In this document: in pieces, positions 61,538-64,000 of the stretch
Position numbering within the stretch: the stretch's first letter is position 1
Layout: every line of letters begins with the position of its first letter
Assembly (NCBI GenBank): GCA_965235115.1
Contig: OZ249439.1
Span: 23,994,001-24,058,000, forward strand
Length of the DNA: 64,000 bases
Source of the DNA: Laetmonice hystrix
Taxonomy: Eukaryota
Direction of reading: 5' to 3'
The notes under the pieces: generated by a model
Told to the model about the DNA's origin: nothing
What the model saw: only the letters and a program-made list of their open reading frames with translations
Databases searched by the model: none
Program-made: the position numbers and the translations under genes

Positions 61538-64000
61538 AGAGGAGCCAAGGTTGGGGGACTGACGGTGTAACATCCACGCAATGCATACACCGACAACTCA
61601 GCTCTAACGATCGCTGCTCACCACACCATGAGAAATATCGTCGATAATTGTACTCAATACAGCTACAATTCACAAACCAAGCATGGTTATTTGACGTCGC
61701 AACAATTCCAATTAGTCGTGTTTAATTAACAATCATTGCATAGAATATTCGTATTGCTGGCAGGATAATTGGTTGAAAATTAAGCAGATTATTAGCAGAT
61801 AATTTTACAGAAAAGTTTTTTTATTCTGACCTGGAGATCAGTGTTGACCGTTAATATTATCATCACGGTTTGTGATATAAATGACGATATCAATCTGACA
61901 CGACACACCATGTTACAATTGTGTTTTAGATTATGAACAAGATCTATGCAGCAATGGTCATGACGACTAAAAGAAACTGGCAATAAAGGTGGAGTTTTTT
62001 TCTTTGTATTTCACATGAATATATTTAGAATAGAACTGTAGCGTAAAGAAAATCACAAACTGTTTTCTTCGGATTCTATTTGAGAAATGCCTTAAAGGGA
62101 TGTACTATTTATTGATTTGCCTCACGTAAAGAAAAGCGGGGGCACTTAGTCGCCATACAAAACGGAGTTAAAGAAAAGTTACCATGACGTTTGAATGTTT
62201 CCGTTCCGACACGATTTTTGGGTTAAATTCTGAACTAATTATTTTGTGTTTGGCTTCGGCTCAGAATTCTCACAGACCATCTATACATTCTGTACGTGAC
62301 AACGCAATTTGAAGAAGAAGAGATATGATATCTTATCCCACTTTGTCGTTCCGCTAAAACTACGATAGCAACACAGCCTGATCACGTCTCATCATCAGTT
62401 CCTTCGGCTCTCATCCTATATCCCTAAAATCCCGGAGGCACACTTTCAAAACCGATAAAACGACGGCCCATGTCATTTCCTCCGAATAATGGCCTTTTCT
62501 GACCTCGACCAGATTGCCTTCTGGTTATAGCTGCTGCTTTCTCGTTCTGAAAATCTCCTTGATCTATCCGTGAATCGTCAACCAGCCCACATCCCACCCA
62601 CACCTACAACACATTCAATAGGGACTCGTCGAAACATAATATATAAAAGAAACAAAATAAAACAAACCCAAACCTATTACTCTGAGAGATGTTTGTAGAT
62701 AATTAGGCGCCATGGACCTTTGCCTTAAAGAAGCGACGATATTACTTCCAACGGCGACTCCTTAATGCAAACATTTGACAGATATAATTGTTTTCTCCAG
62801 GCTATGTCTCTTTATTTCCTTTCTGTATTCTTTCATCTCCCTGATATAGATTTTTACCAGTAACTTTCTACATTTGCTTATTAACTTTGACCTTTCGTAT
62901 AACTGCCTGGACTTTTACTGGAATATTGCATCGCACTGAATACTCATCCCAGCCTGGCTTATAGCCTTTCAGTTCTAGAAGAAACTTGTCTCCTCACAAT
63001 AATATCTGGGGACCATCTGACCGGCGACAGGCAGTCGGTCGCGTGTTTCTAGGGGCTGGTATTTTTTGTCCCGTCGTTTGTCATGCCATACCTCGGTGTA
63101 ACCGTAATGATCACCCGGACGATACCAACGTGCATTTTCTAGGGATTACTCATGACACTTCAGCTTTGACTTCAAGGGATGTCACGGAGATGTGCGTCAT
63201 CACACTGCTCAGCAAAATCATCACAACTGTATCACACGCTGATCAAAATCCAATTTTTGACGTTTGAGTTTTTGACCTTGCAATGAAGTAACCTTGTGAA
63301 TATTAACAGAATAATTGCCGCCTCCCGCCCCCAAATGCCCCCCCCCCCCCCCCTAAAAAACTACAACTGGTCTATTGCTACAAAAACTAAATAGAACATT
63401 CGCTCTATGGCATGTGCACAGTAAAATTGTGATATGTTATCCTTTATTGGATGTGCAATATACACTGCTTCTCAGTAGACATCTTGAACGGCTATAATCT
63501 ATGAGATAGAAGGGCCTGCGAGAGACAAGTCATTACTGACTTGGGATGAAGCCTCCAAATTTTAATATCCTGAAGTATAACATCAACTGTGTAATATCAC
63601 CTTTCATTTTTTTGGGTTATCGTAACTGATCTTGCTTATAAGTTTCGGCAATCTACTATCTTCTCCAAGATGATATTAGTTCTGATTTGCCATGGCTCGC
63701 CCCCAAAAAGGAGACCGAATAATTTACTAGACTCACAGTGCCATGTAATTAATTGCACCGCCAAGCGACCCATTAGGTGTACTCGTATAATATATCAGTA
63801 TATCTGCCCAAAAATTAATCGTTTTACATCAGTATAGCATTGCAGCTGGAAGTTTTAAAGAATATGCTTCAAACCTGAGGATATCAGATACCACAACTGT
63901 CCCGATTTCTCACCCACAAACACGCTCAATAACTCACTCACTTACTCATCCTCGCTCTGTAAGGCCTCAGTTTCCGGTAGATCCCGGTAGCGGCCGACAT

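Noticed and set aside
62340-62595. Minus-strand exon-like segment with MTWAVVLSVLKVCL...
   Set aside because: The frame terminates after 21 codons and there is no phase-1 donor. At most an untranslated exon.

Overview
Eukaryotic (animal, most likely invertebrate) genomic DNA with three assembly gaps. The only well-supported gene is a minus-strand ionotropic glutamate receptor (iGluR) of the non-NMDA AMPA/kainate/delta-like type. I reconstructed 10 coding exons by hand between 32712 and 6181. They splice in frame to about 790 aa covering ATD, S1, M1-M3, S2, M4 and a short tail. The signal-peptide/first exon was not identified. The subunit is atypical in four ways: glycine/D-serine-type rather than glutamate-type ligand-pocket residues, a pore loop reading L-R-V where Q-Q-G or L-Q-G is expected (explainable by a compensated 6-nt micro-frameshift), loss of one ATD disulfide cysteine, and one GAG splice acceptor. 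The rest of the window is intronic or intergenic. It contains four minisatellite arrays (49, 33, 29 and 57 bp units), several foldback/MITE-like elements and decayed transposon-like fragments. Most ORF-track entries are noise. All protein and family assignments come from motif recognition by eye, not from database searches.
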